This document shows, one piece after another, positions 38,982 to 47,485 of a DNA stretch of 64,000 bases (positions are counted from its first letter, which is position 1; every line of letters starts with the position of its first letter). Made by a program: the position numbers and the translations under genes. The stretch spans positions 10,086 through 74,085 of the forward strand of contig CAZUWX010000008.1 of NCBI GenBank assembly GCA_964624205.1, written 5' to 3'. This DNA is from an uncultured Chitinophagaceae bacterium. GTDB taxonomy: Bacteria; Bacteroidota; Bacteroidia; Chitinophagales; Chitinophagaceae. The notes beneath the pieces were generated by a model that had not been told where the DNA came from, made no database searches, and saw nothing but the letters and a program-made list of their open reading frames with translations.

Positions 38982-39402
38982 GATCTCAAAAATAACGATT
39001 TAACGCTTGGCTTGTTGCTGCCGTTATTCAAATTAACAAGGATATGACAGCCTCCCAAGCAGGCTGCAACAGTGTAAAAATACCGATCCCTGCGTATTAC
39101 CAGACACTGCGGAGAAATATTACCTGCAGTTACCTACTAAAAAAGGGCTGTAAACGCGTCGCTGATCATAAAACGATCCGCTTGGTGGGCGCAGCATGCC
39201 GGGGCCGCAAAACTACGATCCGACCGGTAAGCGCTACCTGCACCGGCACCGGGGCAGGACGCTCCGGTGAGAGAGCCGGGGTTGTCCGGGAATACCAAAT
39301 TCCTTACGTAAATGCATCAGCCGCTTCCCAGGAATGGCCCGGCCGTCCCGGGAAGGGCAGCCAGGCTCCTCCGGGAAGGCAAGCTAGCGGGAGTGTTTTC
39401 GT

Positions 39403-41397
39403 TTACCGGTACAGCAGCTTTTTCGCCCCAACGAGTTGGCCCTGTTGGTCGTAAACCGCTATCCAGTATACACCCGGCGGGCAGTTGGAGGGTCGCTCCA
39501 CAGAAACCGTCTGCCCGGAATCCATCACCAGCAATGACTTAGTGGCCAGCAGCAGGCCATTCAGGTTCCGTACCTCCAGGCGGTACCCGCCGTTCGCGAA
39601 ATTCTGCAGCGCGATCCGGAAACTGGTTGCGGTAGGATTGGGGTAAATGGTCAGTGCCTGTGCCCCCGGGTCGTGATGCAACACATAAATGATCTTTGAA
39701 TAGTATCGCTTCCCGTCTGTTGAATGGATCAGCAACCGGTAATAATATCCACCGCTTCCCTGGTGATGCATAAAATGATGGCCGGCTTCGTTCCCAGCCG
39801 GGATGGTGGCTATTGAAGCAAAAAGGACGCCATCGGAGCTTTTCAGGAGCTCGTAGTGACTTGTCTGCCGGTCAAGGATTGATTCCCAACTCAACTCGAT
39901 CGCTCCACTGACGGGCCTGCCGGAAAAAAGCAGTAGATGGTCGGCCAGTATCTCCACCGGAAGTACCTGCAGGTAAACGCTATGCGTGGAAGACGTATCT
40001 ATACAGCCGTTCCGGGCCGTTTTGGCATAATATACGCCGTCCCTGATCACAGATGGAATAAAATAGCTGTCGCCCGTGGCGATCAGGTTGCCGTCTGCAT
40101 CAAACCACTTTACTTCGTCGGTAGGATCCACCGGAGGCGCCTCCAGCAATACAGAATTGCCTTCCGATACGTACAGCGTATCATTGGTGACATTTGTGTT
40201 ATTGGAGCTGATCTGTGGCGCGGGACTGAACCGGTCCATATTATATATTCTCAGACTTTTCAGCGCGTCGGACACACCCCCCATGATGATCTCCACCCTA
40301 TCGAATGCAACAGGGATCTCGGTGATGAGCTCGTATTTGTCGCCCGCCCCCTGGAGCATCCGCAGCGACATCAGTGAGCTGGCGTTGGTGATGGGCGCCC
40401 CCACCGGATGGTGGCCCATATAAGGCTGGATGGCAAACCCCCGGAGCAGGTCGAGGTCGAGCAGCGCTCCACCCACATCCTGCAGCACGATCCGCACCGA
40501 GTCTCCCGGTTTCGAAGGAGTACTGTAGATGACCGTTTGATAGACTTTCCCCAACACCTGTACGCCGGTATGAATAGTACTGTAAGTAGAATTGGAAGGA
40601 TCGTTGTCGATCGCCTTCCAGGCATCCGTAACTGATCCCGTTGCCGAAGCCACGTTCAGGGCACCATTTCCCCGCACACCCGAGAGGATATCGATCACTT
40701 CGTTCTGTTCCGAGCAGGTCAGCGTAGCTTCTTCCAGAATGTAAGCATGAAACAGCTCGGCGCTAAGCGCAAGCGAGAGATTATTTCCGCTTAGCTTCAG
40801 ATACACGCCATCAAAATCCTGAAGCGGAGTGAGCACCACCTCCATCTCCCCCGCGCCATTGAGGGTATTCACTATCGTGTTTCCGGAATAGCCCGGATAT
40901 TGTTTGCTGGCAGTGTAGCCTGCAGCGTTGCCGGAGCCGGTTCCGAGGGCCCCGGTTATTTTTTTACTGACAGCTTTCAAGCCGGTGAAAGTTCCGATCT
41001 CGATATTGTTGGCAAGCCCCACCAGGCTGGAAGGCAACGTGAATTTAATATGTACGGCCGTTCCGGCTGCAATGGTTCTTGGGCTCGTATACATACCGTT
41101 TGTGGTGAACTGGAGAAACTGCGTAACCTCTGCAGCGCCGAGAAGAGCTGCGCCGATCTCCAGCGTCGCCGAATTCCGGGTATTGCCGTCTACCGCCCGG
41201 GGCGCCTGGTGCAGTTTCGCGAATACCGATTCAGCACCCAGTACGTATAACCCTGTGCGGTATGACCCTTGAAAATCGGCGTATACTCGTTTATGATAGG
41301 TCTGGGCAGTTCCCGGAAGCCAAGCCATAAAAAAACTGATGAGGATGGCGATCGGCATCGTCACCGCAGCGCCATTTGTTCTGTACGTCGTTTTCAT
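39403..41397 (-). CDS. secreted multi-domain protein with a T9SS type-A C-terminal sorting domain
   Basis: 664 aa with a signal peptide. Two related N-terminal modules open AVDGNTRNSATLEIG.. and AIDNDPSNSTYSTIH... An Ig-like segment follows (VKWFDADGNLIATGDSYFIPSVIRDGVYYAKTARNGC). The C-terminus LTIYPNPTATSFRIAL...LEVRNLNGLLL...PPGVYWIAVYD matches the Por secretion tail pattern. Confidence 0.75.
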   Translation of the reverse strand: MKTTYRTNGAAVTMPIAILISFFMAWLPGTAQTYHKRVYADFQGSYRTGLYVLGAESVFAKLHQAPRAVDGNTRNSATLEIGAALLGAAEVTQFLQFTTNGMYTSPRTIAAGTAVHIKFTLPSSLVGLANNIEIGTFTGLKAVSKKITGALGTGSGNAAGYTASKQYPGYSGNTIVNTLNGAGEMEVVLTPLQDFDGVYLKLSGNNLSLALSAELFHAYILEEATLTCSEQNEVIDILSGVRGNGALNVASATGSVTDAWKAIDNDPSNSTYSTIHTGVQVLGKVYQTVIYSTPSKPGDSVRIVLQDVGGALLDLDLLRGFAIQPYMGHHPVGAPITNASSLMSLRMLQGAGDKYELITEIPVAFDRVEIIMGGVSDALKSLRIYNMDRFSPAPQISSNNTNVTNDTLYVSEGNSVLLEAPPVDPTDEVKWFDADGNLIATGDSYFIPSVIRDGVYYAKTARNGCIDTSSTHSVYLQVLPVEILADHLLLFSGRPVSGAIELSWESILDRQTSHYELLKSSDGVLFASIATIPAGNEAGHHFMHHQGSGGYYYRLLIHSTDGKRYYSKIIYVLHHDPGAQALTIYPNPTATSFRIALQNFANGGYRLEVRNLNGLLLATKSLLVMDSGQTVSVERPSNCPPGVYWIAVYDQQGQLVGAKKLLYR

Positions 41398-41657
41398 AGT
41401 GGGGCGGATATTATTGGTTTAGAGATAATGGTTCGTAGATCCTATATAAGATGCCTCGTATACCTTTCAGGCTATATTTCGTTTGTAGTATACTGGTAGT
41501 GGTCTATAATATTCAAAATTATCATATAATTTATCTGCTCGCTATCTCGAAAAAACCATTTGATGCCGGAAAAAGTTCAATTACATCGTAATCACAGGTT
41601 ACTAACTCATTATTACATTCTTTATATAGATATTTATATACTTTCGTTTTTGCCATT

Positions 41658-42641
41658 ATGTTGATTCCTACAATAGTTGTCCCTCATGTCGAAAAGGACG
41701 AAGACTTTGATGCGTTCCGCAGAATGGTTAATAGCAGTTCGGTATCCGGTAATACCCTGCTGTTCGATGCCCGCTGGGCCTCGGGTCGGCTGGCGCGGTT
41801 TACCGTATCGGACGGGCTCAATATCTGTGTATGGGATTTTAACCTGCGCATACCCACGCAGCTCACCAACCTTCCGGTAAAGAATGCAGTCAACAAAGAA
41901 GTGTCCCTGATATTTGTGTTGCAACCTCAGGCGTGTCAACTGAGAAGGATCGGAAACCATTCACAGTTTTACCGGGCCGATCATCCGTTTCAATTGTCCA
42001 TTCCAAGATCAACCGTCCTGCAATTCCAGGTGACTCCGCAGCAGGGCACCAGAATAGTTGAAATGCATATCGGGGAGCAGTATCTGGAAACAACACCGGG
42101 TAACTCTCTTTGCAACCTGGCAGAAACCTTATTCAGCGATGCCCACCCTTTCATTGAATTCCGGCTGTGCTCGCAGCATACCTTATCGCGGCTGGAAACC
42201 CTCGCCGACATGATCAGGATTGAAAATGGTTCATTCCAGAAGATCAGCTCCCTTTGTGCCGACCTGATCCTGAATACGTTCGGCAACATGCCGATCAGCG
42301 AACAGCCACACCTCCCCTCGATCTATGAAGAAAGGATGCTGATGCTGGAAGACCTTATCAACACACGCCTCTGCGGCCGTCTTCCGCCGCAGGCAACCAT
42401 AGCCAGCCAGGTAGGAATGAGCCTGTCTACCATGAAGCGCCACTTTAAAATGCAGTATGGTAGTAATATCTACGAATATTACCTGGCCCGGAAGATGTCG
42501 CTTGCCAAAAAACTTTTACAGGAGCAGCAGCTCTCCGTAAATGCGATAGCGGAAATGCTTAACTACGAAAGCGTGAGTAACTTCATTGAATCCTTCAAAA
42601 AACACCATGGTTTCTCCCCCGGCCGGATGAAGAAACGCTGA
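41658..42641 (+). CDS. AraC-family transcriptional regulator
   Basis: The C-terminal ~100 aa are the double HTH (IASQVGMSLSTMKRHFKMQYGSNIYEYYLARKMSLAKKLLQEQQLSVNAIAEMLNYESVSNFIESFKKHHGFSPGR). I do not recognise the N-terminal sensor domain. Confidence 0.85.
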   Translation: MLIPTIVVPHVEKDEDFDAFRRMVNSSSVSGNTLLFDARWASGRLARFTVSDGLNICVWDFNLRIPTQLTNLPVKNAVNKEVSLIFVLQPQACQLRRIGNHSQFYRADHPFQLSIPRSTVLQFQVTPQQGTRIVEMHIGEQYLETTPGNSLCNLAETLFSDAHPFIEFRLCSQHTLSRLETLADMIRIENGSFQKISSLCADLILNTFGNMPISEQPHLPSIYEERMLMLEDLINTRLCGRLPPQATIASQVGMSLSTMKRHFKMQYGSNIYEYYLARKMSLAKKLLQEQQLSVNAIAEMLNYESVSNFIESFKKHHGFSPGRMKKR

Positions 42642-42840
42642 GCCGGTACCGGATCGGGCGGGCTGCCCGGGAAAGCCGGATTAAAATACCTTTATTTTTC
42701 ATGTGTTTCGGCAAGTTTTTATGAACTTACACGCCGGATCGCTGTTATGCAGTGCGGCTGATTATCTGTGGGCGAACGGTTATTGTACGGCACCGGTCCA
42801 CAGGTAAGTGTTCAGATTACCAACCCAGACCCGGCCGGTT

Positions 42841-44919
42841 ATGAAACAATGTATCGCGCTGCTACTAGGATGCCTGATCTGCTGGGAGGCAGTGCCTGCC
42901 CAACAACCGGATTCGCTCCGAGCGGAGTTGGCTGCGCATACCCGCGAAGATACAACCCGGCTTAGCCTACTGAACGCACTCGCCTATCTGTACTACCAGA
43001 CCGATCCGGATGAAGGTGTCCGCACAGCCACCGATGCGCTGCTCCTGGCCAACAAGCTGAACCATCTGGAAGGCAGGGCAAGAGCCCGCCGCAATCGTGC
43101 GGTTAACTACTGGGCAAAAGGAATGGATTCACTGGCATTGCTCGACTATGTGGCGTCCCTTGCCCTGTATTCCCAATCCGGGAACCAGCAGGAACAAGCC
43201 AAGGTGTACAACGGCCTCGCCCTGATCTATTATAATCTCGCCGACCTGCCTGCCGCACTCGCTTACCATGAAAAAGCGCTGGACGTCTTCAAGACCCTGC
43301 AAGACACCGCTTCCATCGCCAGAAGTTATAATAATATGGGCGTGGTGTACCTCTATCTCTCCGACTACCCCCGGGCGCTGGACGCTTTCCTGCAAACGCT
43401 GAACCTTGCAGCAGAAGGCCAGGGGGACGCAGACGCACTGGCCAATATCGGGCTGGTATATAAGAACATGCAGAACTATCCACAGTCGCTCAACTACCAT
43501 CGGCAGGCGGTCGCTATTTATCGCAAGACCGGCAATATACAGGGAGAAGCCAACACCCTGGGAAATATCGGTACTGTGCTGGACCTGATGGGCCGGTCGG
43601 CAGAATCCCTGGATTCCTACAGAGAAGCCCTGTTGCTCAACAAAAAAATAGGCAACGAGCGGCGCATTGCCGCCGATCTCACCAATATAGGCGTGGTGTA
43701 CACGGGCACGGGCGACTATAAACATGCCACGGATTTTCTGACCCGGGCCGTTGCCATGTACGAACAAGTCAACGATCCCGCCAATCAATCTATCGCTCTG
43801 CTGTACCTGGCGGAAGTGACCGAAAAAAACAGTCTTGCCGGCAGCCGGCAGCAGGGTCTGCACAAAACATTGCAACTGCAACAAAGGGCGCTCGGGCTGG
43901 CCCAGAGGGCGAATGCTCCAGAGCGCGAAAGCGAAGCATGGTTGTCGCTCAGCAATACCTATGAGAAAACCGGCCGCCCCTCCGACGCACTCGACGCCTA
44001 CCGGCGGCATATCGTATTGCGAGACAGTATCTATAACGCCGAGAAAAAGCAGGAGATCACCCGCAAGCAGCTTCAGTTCGACTTCGACAAAAAAGAAGCG
44101 ATCATGAAAACCGAATTTGCAGGCCAACAGGCGCTGGCTCACCAGGAGATCCGCCGACAAAAGGAACGCCGTAACGCCCTGGCCGCCGGCTCAGGAATGC
44201 TGGTGCTGTTCGCTGCCGGCGGCTACATATTATATAAAAAACGACGCGATGCCGCGCAGCACCATAAAGAGGCAGAGTTCAAGGCACAGGTGGCAGAAAC
44301 GGAAATGAAGGCCCTGCGGGCGCAGATGAACCCCCATTTTATTTTTAATTCACTGAATGCCATCAGCAACTTTATCGGCCGCAATAACCTGCAGGCGGCA
44401 GACGATTACCTGGCCCGCTTCGCAAGTATGATGCGCATGATCCTGGAAAATTCAGAGCACAGGGAGGTCAGTCTCGCAGACGATCTCAAGGCACTGGAGT
44501 GTTATATGGAGCTTGAGACCCTGCGACTGGGGAATAGTTTTCGGTACGAGATCCATATCGACAGTGGCCTCGACCCCGAAAACACCATGGTTCCCCCGCT
44601 GATCCTGCAGCCCTTCGTAGAGAATAGTATCTGGCATGGGCTGTCTGGAAAAAAAGAAGGAGGAAAAATATCGATCCGCATCCGCGGCGAGGGCGACCTG
44701 CTGTGCTGCACCGTGGAAGATAACGGGACCGGGTATCTGCTGGCAGAAAAGAAAACGGACATCGGTTCCCGGCAAAAACGATCCATGGGTACCCGGATCA
44801 CGGAATCCCGTATCGCAATAGCCAGCAGATCGGCCAATAAAGAAGGCGGCATATCATTTACCAATCTGCAACAAGGTCTACGCGTCGACGTTAGATTACC
44901 GTTGGAACTAAGTTATTAA
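42841..44919 (+). CDS. TPR-repeat sensor histidine kinase of the LytS/YehU type
   Basis: Track ORF 42808..44919. The likely start is the ATG at 42841 (MKQCIALLLGCLICWEAVPAQ). About 8 TPR-like repeats (YNGLALIYYNLADLPAALAYHEKAL etc.) are followed by one TM helix (AAGSGMLVLFAAGGYILY). The His_kinase motif is QMNPHFIFNSLNAI and the ATPase part is PPLILQPFVENSIWHG...VEDNGTG. Confidence 0.88.
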   Translation: MKQCIALLLGCLICWEAVPAQQPDSLRAELAAHTREDTTRLSLLNALAYLYYQTDPDEGVRTATDALLLANKLNHLEGRARARRNRAVNYWAKGMDSLALLDYVASLALYSQSGNQQEQAKVYNGLALIYYNLADLPAALAYHEKALDVFKTLQDTASIARSYNNMGVVYLYLSDYPRALDAFLQTLNLAAEGQGDADALANIGLVYKNMQNYPQSLNYHRQAVAIYRKTGNIQGEANTLGNIGTVLDLMGRSAESLDSYREALLLNKKIGNERRIAADLTNIGVVYTGTGDYKHATDFLTRAVAMYEQVNDPANQSIALLYLAEVTEKNSLAGSRQQGLHKTLQLQQRALGLAQRANAPERESEAWLSLSNTYEKTGRPSDALDAYRRHIVLRDSIYNAEKKQEITRKQLQFDFDKKEAIMKTEFAGQQALAHQEIRRQKERRNALAAGSGMLVLFAAGGYILYKKRRDAAQHHKEAEFKAQVAETEMKALRAQMNPHFIFNSLNAISNFIGRNNLQAADDYLARFASMMRMILENSEHREVSLADDLKALECYMELETLRLGNSFRYEIHIDSGLDPENTMVPPLILQPFVENSIWHGLSGKKEGGKISIRIRGEGDLLCCTVEDNGTGYLLAEKKTDIGSRQKRSMGTRITESRIAIASRSANKEGGISFTNLQQGLRVDVRLPLELSY

Positions 44920-44923
44920 GCGT

Positions 44924-45679
44924 ATGATCAGGGCAATTATTGTTGACGACGAGATACATTGTATGGAGCGGCTGCAGCGGCTGCTGGAGGAGCACTACGC
45001 CGGCACAGTAGCGGTGGAGGGTCAATACCACGCCGTCAATGACGCCTACAACGCAATCCTCTCCGCTAAACCGGACCTGGTGTTCCTGGACATCCAGTTG
45101 AAGGAAGAAAGCGGGTTCGACCTGCTGAAGCGTTTCCGGGAAATTCCGTTCAAAGTGATCTTCACCACAGCTCACGCCCAATACGCCATCCAGGCGTTCA
45201 AGTTCAGCGCCGTCGATTACCTCCTTAAACCAATAGTTACCGGAGACCTGATCCCTGCGGTAGATAAGATCATCGACGGCCACTCAAAAAACGATATGCT
45301 GAAAAGACTGGAAGCACTTTTTTTTAACCTTCAGTACCAGCAGGCCGCACTTCGCAAAATCAGCATCCCTACACAGGAGGGGCTGGAGTTTGTTGAGGTA
45401 TCAGAGATCGTACGCTGCCAGGCCGATGTGAACTATACAGTGATCCACCTGCAGTCGGGACGAACCATCGTGGTTTCAAGAACGCTCAAGGAATTTGAAA
45501 CCCTGCTGGAAGACAGTAATTTTTTCCGCCTGCATCACTCCCATCTTGTCAATCTTCACTACGTAAAAAGATACCACAAGGGGAAGGGTGGCTATGTAAC
45601 ACTTCACGACAACACCGAATTGGATGTGTCGGTAAGAAGGAAAGAAGCCCTGCTGAAAAGAATGCGACCGCAACCCTGA
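44924..45679 (+). CDS. LytR/AlgR-family response regulator (receiver plus LytTR DNA-binding domain)
   Basis: Receiver IRAIIVDDE...PDLVFLDIQL...VIFTTAH...DYLLKP. LytTR part I.VSRTLKEFETLL....FFRLHHSHLVNLHYVK. Confidence 0.92.
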   Translation: MIRAIIVDDEIHCMERLQRLLEEHYAGTVAVEGQYHAVNDAYNAILSAKPDLVFLDIQLKEESGFDLLKRFREIPFKVIFTTAHAQYAIQAFKFSAVDYLLKPIVTGDLIPAVDKIIDGHSKNDMLKRLEALFFNLQYQQAALRKISIPTQEGLEFVEVSEIVRCQADVNYTVIHLQSGRTIVVSRTLKEFETLLEDSNFFRLHHSHLVNLHYVKRYHKGKGGYVTLHDNTELDVSVRRKEALLKRMRPQP

Positions 45680-45915
45680 AGCTGCCCTCCGGTCCTGACA
45701 AGGACATGAGCCCCCTCCGCAGCGCCAATTACAACCCCGGGTTGAACTTACGTGACCTGCGATCAGGCCCCTCCCTGCCACACCGATAACCCCGTAAATA
45801 TCTACAGATAATAAAGCGGCGGCAGCACTCAATAATTCTTCTCCCTTAGCGCCTGCCCTTCATCTATTTTTGAAGTGTTATCGATTTGTAACCTGAACAA
45901 TTAAATGATATTACG

Positions 45916-46488
45916 ATGAACAGATCCCTGCTTGTACTGATAGGTCTGAGCTTTCTCGGACTCCAGGCTGCCGCCCAACAGAGTTTCAACAAGGGCGACA
46001 ATGTGTTGAACCTGACGATAGGGTTTGGTAACGCACTGTACCACGGATCAGGGTTCACGAATAATTTCCCGCCGATGGGATTTTCTTACGAGCATGGTAT
46101 CAAAGACGATCTGATCGATGAAAACGGCCATCTGGGCATCGGCGGCTATATAGGTTATGTAGGTGCAAAATATCGCTACGACTATATGGGCCAGCACTGG
46201 GGACACAACTATAGCAGCATCATCATCGGCCCCCGCGCTTCTTTTCATTACCAATTCGCACCCAAACTGGACACTTATGCGGGCCTCACCCTGGCCTATA
46301 ACGTTGTAAGCGTCAAAAATGTGGGGACGATCCTGGAAGGAATGGGCTCTTCCGCTAAATCCAGCGGAATCGTGCTGGCCGGGCATATCGGCGGGAGATA
46401 CTACTTCTCGGAAAACCTCGGGGCACTTGCCGAACTGGGCTTTGGAGTGGCCAATATTAATGTAGGCCTGGCCCTCAAAATACCGTAG
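45916..46488 (+). CDS. small outer-membrane beta-barrel protein (porin-family-like)
   Basis: 190 aa with signal MNRSLLVLIGLSFLGLQAAAQ. It has alternating aromatic/Gly beta-strand patterning and a hydrophobic C-terminal strand. The family assignment is weak. Confidence 0.6.
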   Translation: MNRSLLVLIGLSFLGLQAAAQQSFNKGDNVLNLTIGFGNALYHGSGFTNNFPPMGFSYEHGIKDDLIDENGHLGIGGYIGYVGAKYRYDYMGQHWGHNYSSIIIGPRASFHYQFAPKLDTYAGLTLAYNVVSVKNVGTILEGMGSSAKSSGIVLAGHIGGRYYFSENLGALAELGFGVANINVGLALKIP

Positions 46489-46546
46489 CATAACTGCTGA
46501 ACTTCGGGCGTAACCCGGAGAAATAAATTACCCCCTTACCCGTTAC

Positions 46547-46578
46547 AAAAGGCTGCCCAACACTGGCAGCCTTTTTAT
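46547..46578 (+). terminator. rho-independent terminator after the small OMP gene
   Basis: aaaaGGCTGCC-caacact-GGCAGCCtttttatt. Confidence 0.65.
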
Positions 46579-46620
46579 TGTGGCACCGATTAACTCCGGC
46601 GATATCTCTATTACAGACAT

Positions 46621-46654
46621 AAAAAAAAGCCGTCTCAATTTAGTTTGAGACGAC
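46621..46654 (-). terminator. rho-independent terminator after tRNA-His
   Basis: On the minus strand GTCGTCTCAA-actaaa-TTGAGACGGC is followed by TTTTTTTT. It starts 11 nt downstream of the tRNA 3' end. Confidence 0.7.
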
Positions 46655-46664
46655 CTTTTGCGGG

Positions 46665-46740
46665 GGTGACTGATGGGACTCGAACCCACGACCCTCAGAA
46701 CCACAATCTGATGCTCTAACCAAACTGAGCTACAATCACC
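46665..46740 (-). tRNA. tRNA-His (anticodon GTG) with genome-encoded G-1
   Basis: The reverse complement folds by hand. G(-1), acceptor GTGATTG/CAGTCAC, D-arm GCTC..GAGC, anticodon arm TCAGA-TTGTGGT-TCTGA (GTG), T-arm GTGGG-TTCGAGT-CCCAT, discriminator C pairing with G-1. CCA is not encoded. Confidence 0.93.
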
Positions 46741-46751
46741 GTGCGGGGCAG

Positions 46752-46759
46752 CAAAATTA
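46752..46759 (-). promoter_or_regulatory. candidate -7 box (TAATTTTG) for tRNA-His
   Basis: The minus strand reads ..cctaattttgctgccccgcac followed by the tRNA. The motif matches TAnnTTTG 11 nt upstream of G-1. Confidence 0.35.
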
Positions 46760-46853
46760 GGAGAAAAACCCGTTCTTCTCAAAAGAAACCACTTATTTTT
46801 TCCCGCCCGATATTATTATTATTTCAGGTTTCTTTGCAGCATAAAATTAAAGA

Positions 46854-47381
46854 ATGAACGGATGGCTATGGCTGACACCGGTGATTGCCGCTGCCGGCGG
46901 GTGGTTGGCGGGTAAAATAGTAAAGAAAACGATGTTAGGGAGCCTGCCCCGGCTTCTCGGGGAATTTGCCGGCTCGTTGGAGACAGCCGCGCAATTCCCG
47001 GCACTTTCCGCCCTGCCGGCCGGCTCAGGATCACACTACGAACAGATCAAACCCTTTATAGAGGAACAGGCCGAGGCCTTTTTCCGGTACCGCCTGACGG
47101 CGGCCATGCCCATGCTTGCCATGCTGATCGGCGATAAAACCATTTTGCAGATGAAAACAGTGCTGATGAAGGAACTGGAGGAACTGTTTCCAATAGTGAT
47201 AGAAAAATATCTTCGTATTACCGAAGCGGCGACCGGCACTCCCGCCCCCCTGCCCAACAGTCATTGGCAGGAAACTGCCCGCGTACTGGCCCGTCGGTTT
47301 CGTCGCCTGCCCGCCTGGGGGTTGCTGGCCGGCCTGGCCATTGGGATACTGCAACTGATCTATTTAGCCATTATTTTGTGA
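46854..47381 (+). CDS. hypothetical membrane protein (N- and C-terminal TM helices)
   Basis: 175 aa: MNGWLWLTPVIAAAGGWLAGKIV... and ...LPAWGLLAGLAIGILQLIYLAIIL. No family recognised. Confidence 0.5.
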   Translation: MNGWLWLTPVIAAAGGWLAGKIVKKTMLGSLPRLLGEFAGSLETAAQFPALSALPAGSGSHYEQIKPFIEEQAEAFFRYRLTAAMPMLAMLIGDKTILQMKTVLMKELEELFPIVIEKYLRITEAATGTPAPLPNSHWQETARVLARRFRRLPAWGLLAGLAIGILQLIYLAIIL

Positions 47382-47485
47382 ATTTTTCTATCCCATGCAA
47401 GTTTATCCCCTCATTTAGCATCTTATTGAGTCAAACTTCAAAATTCTAAACCGAGGGCCGGGCGAACCGGCAGCACAGACGTATT

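Noticed and set aside
39324-39385. gtcccgggaagggcagccaggc and tccgggaaggcaagc superficially resemble the SRP (4.5S) RNA domain IV consensus GGUCCGGAAGGAAGCAGCCAAGG.
   Set aside because: I could not draw the GGAA tetraloop with its closing pairs or the conserved symmetric and asymmetric loops. The flanks also do not form the long helix 5/8 stem. The resemblance is probably coincidental, coming from the CCGGGAAGG inverted repeats. An Infernal scan would settle it.
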